From Iphione sp. A-MEVVRFRX5 (taxonomy: Eukaryota): a stretch of DNA of 64,000 nucleotides. The stretch lies in contig OZ320316.1 in NCBI GenBank assembly GCA_976226885.1, positions 59,582,001-59,646,000 of the forward strand. Direction: 5' to 3'. The position numbers and the translations under genes were made by a program. Below are positions 28,378 through 39,906 of this stretch, piece after piece (within the stretch, counting starts at the first letter, position 1; each line of letters begins with the position of its first letter). Below the pieces are notes generated by a model that saw only the letters and a program-made list of their open reading frames with translations, did no database searches and was not told where the DNA came from.

Positions 28378-28434
28378 AGACAGACGGGTCTTACCTTAGT
28401 ACAGGCCCGCGGCCGTCTCCCTGTAATCTTTCAG

Positions 28435-28596
28435 ATAGCAAACTGCTGGCGGCGCTGATGGCCATCGAGCCTGAAAAGGTGTATGCGATGCCCGACCCCA
28501 ACCTGCCGGATGACGACTACAAGCTGATGGCAACCCTGTCCGACCTGGCTGACCGCGAGCTGGTGGCCACGATTGGCTGGGCCAAACAAGTACCAG
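28435..28596 (+). CDS. ERR: Estrogen-related receptor, first LBD exon (H1-H4)
   Basis: tttcag|AT AGC AAA...GTA CCA G|gtgagt; 162 nt; (N)SKLLAALMAIEPEKVYAMPDPNLPDDDYKLMATLSDLADRELVATIGWAKQVP(G). An alternative upstream acceptor at 28378 is possible (see findings). Confidence 0.96.
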
Positions 28597-29561
28597 GTGA
28601 GTCAAATAGTTCGTTTTATAGCCATTAGTCAGATGGGTGCGGAAATAGGCGCGACTTTAGAAGAATGCATGATTAATCTCTGCACTTTGCGAGTCTGAAG
28701 TTCGAGGAGCTGTTTTTTCCTCTTTTATTTCTTTTCCGACTGAATAAGTGTCAGATCTGGGCACATACATGCATTTTAGTCTGAGTAAAACCAGCTGTTG
28801 TAATAAAGGACACCTGGCGATGGCGGGCACCTTCAGTCCAAGTGGAGGCATTAATTCCACGCGTTAACAGTGTTGACATTTCCTAATTAGTCAAAAACGT
28901 TCCTTCATCATGATCTTTTCCGCAGAGAGGTACGATTCCCTTTTCCTATCACAAATTCTGTCCCTCGTGTCAATATAAATATCCGTTAATGTTGAAATGT
29001 CTGCTTACTGCAGACGGAATGATGAAGTAATACGGTGGACCACTGCCATCGAAGTCGATTTACTTCAGAAAGATACTGGCCGTGTGATTTGTTAAAACCT
29101 CACCTTTTTGAAAAATACCTTCCGCGGTCACATTAGTTAAAAGCACGCTCGCTGCTTTTTAAAGAGACTCTAGTCAAAATGTGAGTTCTGTCACAAATAG
29201 AAGTATCAGGCTGCGTGAAACCTTTTAGGTGGACTTTAAAAACTGAAGCTGATGTCCCACACACTATGCTAGTCATACTATCTGCCATGCTACAGCTGTC
29301 AGCTAGGGCTACAAGGTTGCCCCGGTCCTGCCATTCCACGAGGCTCTTCGCCTCTGTATATATTCAACGTCTGCTATCATGGCCCATTTATATGCTCTGC
29401 TGACCTGATATTGCGGGCAGTGAAAAAGATTACGCCTCCTATACCATCTGTTGTTACGACGGTAGATAGCACATTAGACTCCCCGTGGGACTGACCACCT
29501 GCAGTACTGCTTGAGAACATTTCACGTCGCCCATTCATATAGGTTTGTGTGCGTAAACATC

Positions 29562-29650
29562 CTGTCTGTCTGTCTTTCGGTTTATCTGTCTCTGTCTCTG
29601 TTTGTCTGTCAGTCTGTCTCTCTTTCTCACTCTCCCTCCTCCTTTTCTCT
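29562..29650. repeat. Degenerate (TCTG)n/(TC)n pyrimidine-rich microsatellite
   Basis: CTGTCTGTCTGTCT...TCTCTCTTTCTCACTCTCCCTCCT. Confidence 0.85.
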
Positions 29651-30575
29651 GTATTATTTTCTTCGTAAGTCAATATTCAGGTCCTTAAGGAGCTACTCTA
29701 CATAGTTCCACGTCAAACACCGAAGTCTAGATAGGACCATTTGCCTTGCTGCGGCGCCACAATTGCTCCCTGATATGGCGTCCGGCGCCATAATGAGGTC
29801 TGCACTTGGTAGATATACTACTGAACCACATTAAGTCTCAAAGTACCTGAGGGACCAACATATTTATGTGCTTCCCTTAGTATTTGGAGTTCTTTTGCCG
29901 ATCACTTCCGTTATACCTTTTTTTGCGACTCCCCCCCCCCCCCAAGACACGTGGGCGTCCACTCTGTTTCAAGTTCTCCACGCCCAACTGCTCCTCGATG
30001 TTAGATGACGAGGTCCCAGAAGGCGGCCTCAGGAATGAGTACGTGAGCCTATTTTCGGTGCTGCTCGTCAAATGCTGAGCACCCTTTGGCCCCCATCAGG
30101 CGGCATGGTTATGACGGCATTGCCCATTGCCAGGAAGGACCAATTTCGGGGTTTTCGGCGTGCCTGAAATCTTTTGTGTGAAGTTATGGTGCTTTGATGA
30201 GATGAGTCAATTTCATCAAAAAGTTATGCAGCCATCACTTCTGATTATGACGTACGTGCTGTTTAAAGACATTTGTAGACCGAATGTAATAGTTTAATTA
30301 TGTAAGATTTCGAAGAAATGGGAAACCTTTTCCATTTTTCAATAAGGGCGCACTATGTGGTCCGAGTTAATGTGTTAACGTTGGCGTTGCCTGAGAACGA
30401 TCAGATCGCACGACAGTGTAGCGTACTGATATATGTAAAGCTGATTTATGAAACAGTATAATGTAAGCAGCGAGAATGTAAGTCGCTAAGTCTCGGACAC
30501 AAATCGTACCACGTTATTCGACATACCTAATATTGGATTTTGGAGGCCAGCCCGGGAGATATAATGAAGTACACG

Positions 30576-30695
30576 TACAGTGGAAAGCCACCTTAGGGAC
30601 ATGTCTCTAATAGGCACACTTTTAGGAAGAACAGATTCGATTTGTTCTATATTAAAAGAAGTCTCCAATAGGGACAGGTCTTAAATAGGGTATAT
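30576..30695 (+). mobile_element. Probable truncated Tc1/mariner-type MITE (left end only)
   Basis: TA|CAGTGGAAAGCCACCTTAGGGACATGTCTCTAATAGGCACAC... resembles TA-flanked CAGTGGAA-terminated MITE ends, with recurring AATAGGGACA-like submotifs. I found no matching right TIR. Confidence 0.4.
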
Positions 30696-32473
30696 CTCTT
30701 GTATGTACATTCCTTTAGACGTAGAGCCCTCACAGTGCCGGCGATAGATGTAAATCATCGTATTTTGCTCATGCTCCTATTGTATGCGCATCGGTTTTCT
30801 TGCTTAGTGTGGATGAAGGCTACGGCCGCATCATGATGTTTAATACATGGAAGCAGGTACCAAATTGTATATTGAGCCATGGCGGTGTTTGTATTAACAA
30901 AAACAATTACAGTGCAATCTGCATACCTCGCTAAAGATTATTAATGGTTACACCATAGCGACAGGGATACCATGTTCTTGTTCGTAAGCCTCATCTGAAA
31001 TTTCATATGGCTTATAGATTGTTACCGAATACTTATATTAAATTATAATGATGTGACGAACAGTATATACCGAACGTGGTATTAGCGAGGAAGAAATGTG
31101 ATCTATATGATAGTATATCTCTCAGTAATATAGAGACAATAATATTTTGCTTGGCCTCACACCCAGTTTGTCGACACGCAAAGATTTCTCGCCTCCATAG
31201 CGTTGAATTGCTCCGGTCTCCCTCACAATTTTTAATATTCGCCAGTAGGCTAAAGAGGGGAAGTAATAACCTGTAGTTAAGTATACCCCAGTCTTGCAAA
31301 GTTCTTTTATGATTCCCATTAAATAATGTGGGGCCGCATAGAAGATGTAGACGCATTATTTCGGAGCAGATATTTGAATGAAGGATGTTCCCCGGATGCT
31401 ACTTAGCACCTGTAACTGGAACCGCTGCTATTTGGAGTTATTAATGAACCTAAGAGAGGATTAGTGCCCGGTGGGCCTTGCTGAGTGAGCCTGGGGCTTG
31501 ACCCCTGGCTTCCTTCCCTCCCCACTCCCTATGGCCTATGGACGGGTTATTGATCAGGTAGCCTTCAATGATGCATACACACCTGGGCGTCGGTTTCCTG
31601 TTGGAGTGACACAGGTAAGACAACGCAGCCCTTTGCTTATCGTCTCTCCTCCGCTACCTGCCTGTACCCCATCACTAGGAGGTTTCCGTCAATCAGGCTG
31701 TAATATTAGTTATGCAATGACATTATCAGAAGGTACAGAATGTGCTTGAAGCATGGCTGATTGATCACTGAAGCTAGTGTCCCTGAATATATATGTATAG
31801 ATAGAGATGTACACATATACTAGGCAGTAAACCAACGCCTCACACCTGTAAGTAGTATAGTAAGACAGGTCTTTAGTACAGGCGTCTAGCGCAGTTGTGA
31901 ATAGTCATCTTTGGTCCCTTCGCACATTTCATGCTACACATCATGGTATGGATGTCTTACAACTAACTGGGATATTTATCGAGGGGTTATTCTTAAATGA
32001 TGGACCTGCATTCGTGATGTAAGAAGTAGAACTATTCCATTGATTATTTGAAGCATGTGTTGACAAAGTAATGAGCTTCCTCCCTCTGTTTACCTTGGCT
32101 TAAGAACCATTCTTTCTTCTACGCATGTTGTGCCCAATCACAACTTCCGCGACATGTTTGAAAGTTTCCTTAAACTAAACAATAAATCAATTTCCAACAG
32201 ATCTCGCCGTGCAGCCTGATATTGTGTGGAATTTTATGCTGTGTCAATGTGAATTCACCTGCTTGTCAGTTTTTTCACGCCACTTGAAGGGCGAATGGAG
32301 CGACCTTAGAAAGTCGACTATCCTTAAGTTTGTCAAAGTCGAAAAAATTAAAAACGGCTTTTGTCAACCCGGCCATGTTATCACACTCAACACACTTTCC
32401 TCACTAATTCGTACCCACTTGTCTAGATAGGTGCCCGTTAAGTTGTCCAGGCTACTTTTGACATTGAAGTATG

Positions 32474-32619
32474 NNNNNNNNNNNNNNNNNNNNNNNNNNN
32501 NNNNNNNNNNNNNNNNNNNNNNNNNNNNNNNNNNNNNNNNNNNNNNNNNNNNNNNNNNNNNNNNNNNNNNNNNNNNNNNNNNNNNNNNNNNNNNNNNNNN
32601 NNNNNNNNNNNNNNNNNNN
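32474..32619. other. Assembly gap or masked run (146 N)
   Basis: Run of N. Confidence 0.99.
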
Positions 32620-35600
32620 GGAGACGAGCCTCGGCCCAAGGGATATTGGTTGGCAGGTCATTTAGGGGCGACAGAAATTTGAGCAGCATGTTAGGTCATA
32701 CATAAATGAGTTAGACGTCCTGCCGGCAGGCTCGCAGCTGAAAGGTAATCTTATCCGAAGTGTGCGTGTCCAGAGTAGAGCCACTTGATGTAGTTTTCTA
32801 AAGATCAGTCCACTGGTAGGTCTAAGCGCACAGGACTCTCCTTTGCAGCATATGTTTGAATTTGAATGCGAAGCAGGATATTGCGTAGGGACATATCACA
32901 ACTCGGCATGCATAATACAATTCGACATATGACACAGGGAAATATCACCATTCCGCATAAATATTACATAGATATGACACTAAAGCAGTTAGGGCGTGCT
33001 CCTTCAACATGACCCCTACAAAAGGATAATTGGGATTTAGGAAGTTGATTGCTTAAATAAGGTATAAATGTGGAAAACAGATTTCCAGGACTAGTGAGCA
33101 TTTTCATTGCAGTCCAACCAAGCAAAAACATCAGCTCCACTGCAGTTAATAGAGAACACTTATATTCCTTGGAGATTGCACCTTATCATGTGAACTGTTT
33201 TATCTTAAAGCAGATAATAAAGAGAAAGAAATGTCACAGAAATGCCGTTCATTTCAGAGTATCGTGATTAGGAATCCACCGCAGCAAATGCTATTGTTGT
33301 AATGCATATAGATAATATATACATGTATATGTATATATCATAGGTACCAGTTATCTTCAGCCATAGTTTAAAGTGGCGCGCCTTCTGTACATATTTTTAG
33401 CTGTAACGTACCACATCAGCCAGCCACGTAGGATACTTCCGGGAATGTCATTTTTTCGGCGCCTTTTTCAGTGGTATCTTTTTATTATTAATAGTATTAC
33501 ATGTATTATTTATCTGTGTGTCGACAGTACACTGAGTGACGCCGCTGGGCAAAGTAGGGACGCTTTCTAATGATTATTTTTCTTTTTCAGTTTAGAATTT
33601 GATTTCCCCGTTTCATGAATGTGACATAGCTCTAGTATTACTCGGGTGATGAATAAAAGATTTTCCGTCTGGCTGGTTGAATGTATCAAAGCTACACAAT
33701 ATCAGCTTCTAGTAAGGAGTGAATTCATCCCTCCACCTCTTCAGAAGTGGGGACTTTAGGAATACTGCTGTTCGGCCGTCCGACCCTCTGTCATAGTCTT
33801 GTGGATCTATCATCTCCTAAACCTCCCTTTCAAATAAAGCCATCTTTTAACATGATGTTCTGACATATGGGCAATTGATACTAGCATATATTGGCACAAT
33901 TCAAGGAATTTTAAATAAAAAAGAATGAGGTGAAATGCGTAATCGTGTATAAGAGAGAACAAGAAGCTAAGTACGTGTAATTGTCTGTTCACCCAACAAG
34001 AAACGATTGGTTTTACTTTATCAGTTAGCAGGCAGGAGACATTAGGCATCGCGGGTCATTGTTCATGTTTTTGTCCCATGACTGGATTCTACCGGGTTAT
34101 TTTTTCGTGATGTTTTATGCTGTATTGGGTCTCTTTTTTATCTAGTTTTAAGAAACGGATGTTGTCCTTTTCCTTCTATACAAGCACATGTGTGTATATT
34201 TTCCTTTCATGGGGATTTTTTTTTAAATTCCCATTAGTAAAGTTTCGTCTATACTGGCAAGAACTTTCGTACCTTTGCTTGCGAGCACAATTTATATCTG
34301 CCATCGTATAGGCCGATGTCAGTTCATGCTCCTTTACATAGGGGACCTGGTCGACACATTAGCACCTTAGTGCTACCGAAGGCGACATCCTAATAAAGCG
34401 TGAGAGGTGCTGACCCACCGGCGTCCTACACCCCATACAAGCGGCTGGGCGTGGACGGCAGTGAACTCCGGGGCTAATTGGATGGGAGGTGAACAATAGT
34501 CAGCCATTACCACCGGCGAAGCAATCCCTTTTGGTGAGAACATACTTCATTCGACTGGCAAAGCAACGGGGCGAGCCTAACACATTCGAGTGAATAACGA
34601 TTCGTGTAGGTCTCCATAAGTTTTTCGTGTAATCGGCCGCTGTGTGTTAGGAATCTTGCCTCCCCGAGGTACCCTACATCTCCCCTTGTTCTCTTCCCCA
34701 CGGGCTCCCCCCTCCCCTCCCTCCCCAGTCGTCCTCCGTGTATTGTTTAGCGTGTGAAGGCCGGACTCCCCTGCCACGTTGTATTATCCTTGGGGTCTCT
34801 ACCAAAACACGAGAGCACCCAGAGGGCGGCCCCGAAGGACATCTTGGCAACTCTGCTGTAAGGTACCAAGAGAGGATCATCGGCCCATCCTCACAACCAT
34901 GCTGGCATCCGTTAATCAGGTGGTAACCGCCCACTTAACAGATCAGGTGTGAGTACATTATGTGGTCACAGAAACCCGTATCAGTGAGAAAGTGTAGATA
35001 CAAAGTAGTCATGCAGTGTCACAAGGGGTTCATCACAAACTCATTATATAAAGTGAACCCCGTAATAAATATGACGAGGAGGAAATTTGGAACCGTTTTT
35101 CATTTTTTCGAGCCCTGTAGACGTTTCGCATCGTATCAGAAATCCAAGTAATAGCCTTATTATCCCGTCTCTATAGAATATTGGATATTCTGCTACATGC
35201 ACTTGGCTTATCTTCACTTTTCTCTGCGTATTTAAAAGTGTTCTGTTTGATATGTAGGTTTGCAAGTGTCTGTTGGTTGTAAATTCAACTAAAAGTCCAA
35301 GTATTTATCCCGTGACATTATGACGGAGCTAATAGACATTTAAAGCAGAAAATATGAGAATTGATCATGGTGTGATTACTTCGATTAAAATGGAAAATCG
35401 CGCGATACTTAAGTTCATTGATGTTCAGGACTGAAAATAGTGACGAGGTGAGTGTGACGAGGAGGTTCACCATGTTGCGGGCAGCAGGTCATGTCGCGAT
35501 ATGTGCCAGCCGCGCTTCCCTCCCGCCCCCTGGGGACTGACGGTGAGCTGCTCCTCGGCCCCTGCCTTCGTCTGCTCGGAGCTAATGGCAATTTATGGGT

Positions 35601-38329
35601 GGCGCCCACTGGCCGCTTCCCGGCTATCGGTCTCCAGCAGCGAGCGGTAATTCGCCGCTGAGAAGGTTGGCAGGTCGCCCGGTATTTGGGGTTTCCTCCT
35701 CTAGGTCCATTCGCTGTTTCACCTCCTCCTGCACCTCCCTCTAGACCTTAGAGGTAGCTCATCCATCAGATGCTGTCAGCCTGTGCGCGCTGTCTATGGA
35801 AATGCACCTATGTCGATCCCTAAGTTAGCATTACCTCATTTGACCCCATCTCGCCATCGTCTTATCCGTGAGGGGTATTCCCGAAGCAGCAGGGGCGTGC
35901 TTTGTGGGTGTTTTGGTGAATAGCGTCGCCTGGCCTTCAGTTGACTGCTGCCAGCACTACTACGGCTACTGCTTCCGTCCATCTGCCTCTGGCCCACTGA
36001 CCGTTCCCCCCATGCGCCCATGACTGTCATCGTAGTGAGCTTGTTGCATCTGTTCTCCCGATGCTAACCACAGCGCCTGGAAGGCACTGTCAGATGGTCT
36101 GCCACAAAAAATAGCAGCTCCACCTGCAAGCGTCGGTCGCAAGCCACACGCTTAGATAAATCATAATCTTTCATTGATACACGTGCGATGCTCTAGTTTT
36201 CCCGCACGCATTGCGCACGCAGACCAACAGATATAAACACTACTTCTTCCCTTGTATGGTTTTCAAAAGAACATCGTGTAAGACATTGCTGAGCTGCCTT
36301 TTTAGTATATTGGGTGGTGTAATCCGTGCGGTCTGCAAGTGGCCGGGGCGGTTAGCAGAGCTCGCGGTGCGCCATCGCCTCCCGGACCATCCTTACCATC
36401 AGAGTCGCTAAATGTCCGAGCGGTGATTTCTACCCTCATAACAAATCCCATTTCAGCACACCATGACACCGACGTCTGTGCTAATGTATCCCAGCACATT
36501 CAGACGGTTGGGAGACTTACGACCGGTGATTACTGGTAGCCCCCCCCCCCCCACCTCCATTGGATGATCCAGCGGACAACCACTGCAGCTAGTTAATTTG
36601 ACCGGCTCTGTCGCCTAGGGGGGGGGGGAGGGGGCATTACCACATCAGCCACACTGTGACATTACTATGACACCAATCTGGTGCCCTCACAGACTCAAAG
36701 CGAAAGTCCAAGTTACGAGCACCGTCCTGGTATAGCTTCGGATGTTTTCGAATGAAGTGGCTAAACTGCATGCCCTCGTCCGATGTGATAGCCTTGAAAA
36801 TACGGTACCGTTATCCAGTACTTCTACGCCTTTGGTACGTATCTTGTCGACGCCCAGCCAGCAGTTTTGCCTCTCGCTGGTCATCTCTAGTGAAAAAAAA
36901 ACATGGCCGCCACACTGCCGCTTACAGAGAAGCAAGCAAAACGTCCCACATGAAGTAAGACATTCATTCATACCGGAGGCCTCCGTCAGGAAGATTTATT
37001 AACACCGAGTATGGATGACTAACAAGGAGGTATACAAAGAGGAATGTTTGTTGCAGGAGCTCGGCCTCTGTTGATGTATGCTTGAAAAGTATAATACGTG
37101 TCCGCCTTGTAGATGGGCGGTCAGACTTACGTAAAGCTCCCCGCCCAACGCAAATATCCACATCTCTGGACGTCAAGCGAAAGAGTTACCTGTAGCGAAC
37201 CTGACTTTGACATACTACTTCCTATCAGGCATGTCGTGTGAATGCATAAGAGGGACGACTGTCAACCGTTTAGCCTCAGGTCGACTAAAAGACGGTGTCA
37301 ACTGAAAAGATACAGCGGAAATGTACCCAGCGTCTCTGGATTATAACATAGATGATCTGTCAGCACCAAAAAAAATATTTCAATTTTCCTTTATTGAGCG
37401 TTTGCTGCCAAGAGTCAAGTGATCTTACAGATTTAAATAAAAGTTTTTGCAGAAAATAAAATGACAGATTGGTGTCTTAATATGAAGGAAAGAACAGTGG
37501 ATGACTATGATGTGTTTTACTATTTAGGATCAACCTTTGTATCAATTTCTGACTACTTAATATATAATGTGTCGTGCCAATGTTTCTTTTCACGAGACTG
37601 TCTTATGTTTTCGCAGAAGTTTTCTGTAGATGTATTTACAGTCCCAATTCTGTTCCTTCCCGTCATTTAAAATTTTAAAAGATGTGTATTTGAGAGATAT
37701 AAAGTAAACCTGGCCCGTCAATGGCCCAGTTTTAAAGCACTGCATTGCATATGTGTTTGTCTGTTTTTCGTCCATTTATTCAGGTGACCTCATTTCTCGC
37801 TTCTTTTCGGTAGATCGATGCTCTGTCATTACGTGTTCCTATTGTCGTGGTCGTGGTTTATTGATAATTTCTGCTTAATACGCGGCTATAAAGATGTCAC
37901 TTCTGGTTTATCTTCAATGTACTGCGATTCTTTGATTTCTGGAACAGTATGAAAAAGGAAAGTACAAAGGCATGCCAACCTTCTTGATGTATTAATCTAG
38001 TTTCCCCCCCAGATAAAGCGAATGGGATTCTGCAATGATGACCTATCCAGTCTAGCCCACTGAATAAGAGAGATCAATTATATCGGCTTATGCTGTATTT
38101 AAAAAAAGAAAGGTCAGTGCCCACAAGTAACAGGTACTGAGCACCTAATGAATGTTAACAAGCAAGGCATTTCCTGGAGGAACCATCGCGGTTTTAATGG
38201 CCAAAGCAGATCCATTAACGTAACCATTCATCATGCATTAGGTTCATCCAAACAACAACCGGTATGAAACCATATTAATCCATCCTTGAGAGGCGCACTA
38301 CCGGCTAGGCTCTGTCGTCGCAAGAGGTA

Positions 38330-38459
38330 NNNNNNNNNNNNNNNNNNNNNNNNNNNNNNNNNNNNNNNNNNNNNNNNNNNNNNNNNNNNNNNNNNNNNNN
38401 NNNNNNNNNNNNNNNNNNNNNNNNNNNNNNNNNNNNNNNNNNNNNNNNNNNNNNNNNNN
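38330..38459. other. Assembly gap or masked run (130 N)
   Basis: Run of N. Confidence 0.99.
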
Positions 38460-39689
38460 ATACCACCCCCTCCCCCCCATAGTACATGTACCTACCTGCC
38501 ACTTTGACTGTGCATATGGCCCGTTTGAAGCCAAACTTCTAACGACAGGTAGCCTAATCACGTTGATATCAATACAGGTTGTGGGATGCACAAGAAAGAC
38601 CAAGGCGCCATCGATCGGCATGCTTCTTTCCGTCATATATAGATTGAACGGAGAAGCTCCTGACTCTCACCTTCCTCGACGGAGCGGGCACGTCGAGGAA
38701 TAGTCCTGAGGGATAATGACCTAGTGCATTTGGCATGCAAGTACTCTTGGCGGATGCTGTCTGCCCCGGAAAAGGGTCAGAGTTCAGGAAGCAGCGCCTC
38801 CTGCAGCCGCGGTGACTTATCAAAACGTCTCCTCAGTTTGTCAGGCTGATGACCATTTATAACACGGGTCCCGCCCAACACCGCGTCTAGTTGGCACGGT
38901 GAGGGCGGTAGCAGGATAGAAGGTGACAGGTTGCCATTTTCTATGACTCCTTCAGGTGGTGCTTGAAATGTTACGAGTTGTATGGTAAGCACTTCGCCCA
39001 TCACCCAAATGGGTTTAATTTCTGAAACATTGTGATATCATTATATGGACGCTGATATCCATCTTGATTTTAATCTCCCCTGTGGTGATGAATGTAAGCC
39101 CACAGTAGTAGCAGAGAAATATTATATTTGTCATATTGAAAGAGTACATATATACGTGTACTACAAATAGAATATGTGTAAGTACATGCATGAGCTTTAA
39201 AAAAAGTATACATGTATGTACTGAGGTGTCCCTAAGAGTTAGGTCCATCTTGGTGATCGATAGCGTCAGTAGCATGATATTTTCTTTCAGCATAGGAGGA
39301 CACCCAAGAGGATGTCTATGGAAGTTATCGCTGTTGCGGTTTTGAGCTTATTTACTTGTTGTTTGGTCCCAGTTTTGTCGATTATGACGAGGAGATAGGG
39401 TTGTATCACCCAGGAGCCGCGGCTAGGTGAAGTCCAGACCTCTCATGTATTTACCATCAGTGGGCGGGTTCTACGTATCGTGTGGCGGACCTGGCCGTGA
39501 CCTTTTCGTTAAATATGCGCCCACTACCCTACACTAGTAAAGCCTCTTCTGTAGGTGCCTGGACCCCTGCCCCCCACCTCCCCATCCCCCGTGTATCATC
39601 TCCCTCCTCGATCGAACAAATTACACTCGATTTCAAGCGGAGCGAGCACAAAAAGGATTGTGGGCGATACAAAGGACACACACTAATCA

Positions 39690-39906
39690 GGGCGGAGTGA
39701 CGTCACAACTACGAAGGAAGCTACCGGAGCGTATACCAGCGCCGACTTGTGCAGGCGGTTAGTGAGAGGGGGCGGGAGCGGGGGGGGGGAATTGGAGACG
39801 GGAGCACCTGGATGGGTGAATGAACTGCTTGAAAGGAATGTCTCTGGGCAATATTGGTGCGCTTTGTTCTTTGGTCCCAATCAGTAGCCATACAGTTAGC
39901 GCCAAT
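39690..39906. promoter_or_regulatory. Promoter-like motif island inside ERR intron (GC boxes, full CRE, three CCAAT boxes)
   Basis: GGGCGGAG 39690-97 abutting TGACGTCA 39698-39705; GGGGGCGGGAGCG(G)n ~39768-88; ATTGG 39853-57; CCAATCAG 39877-84; CCAAT 39902-06. Motif evidence only. Confidence 0.4.
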
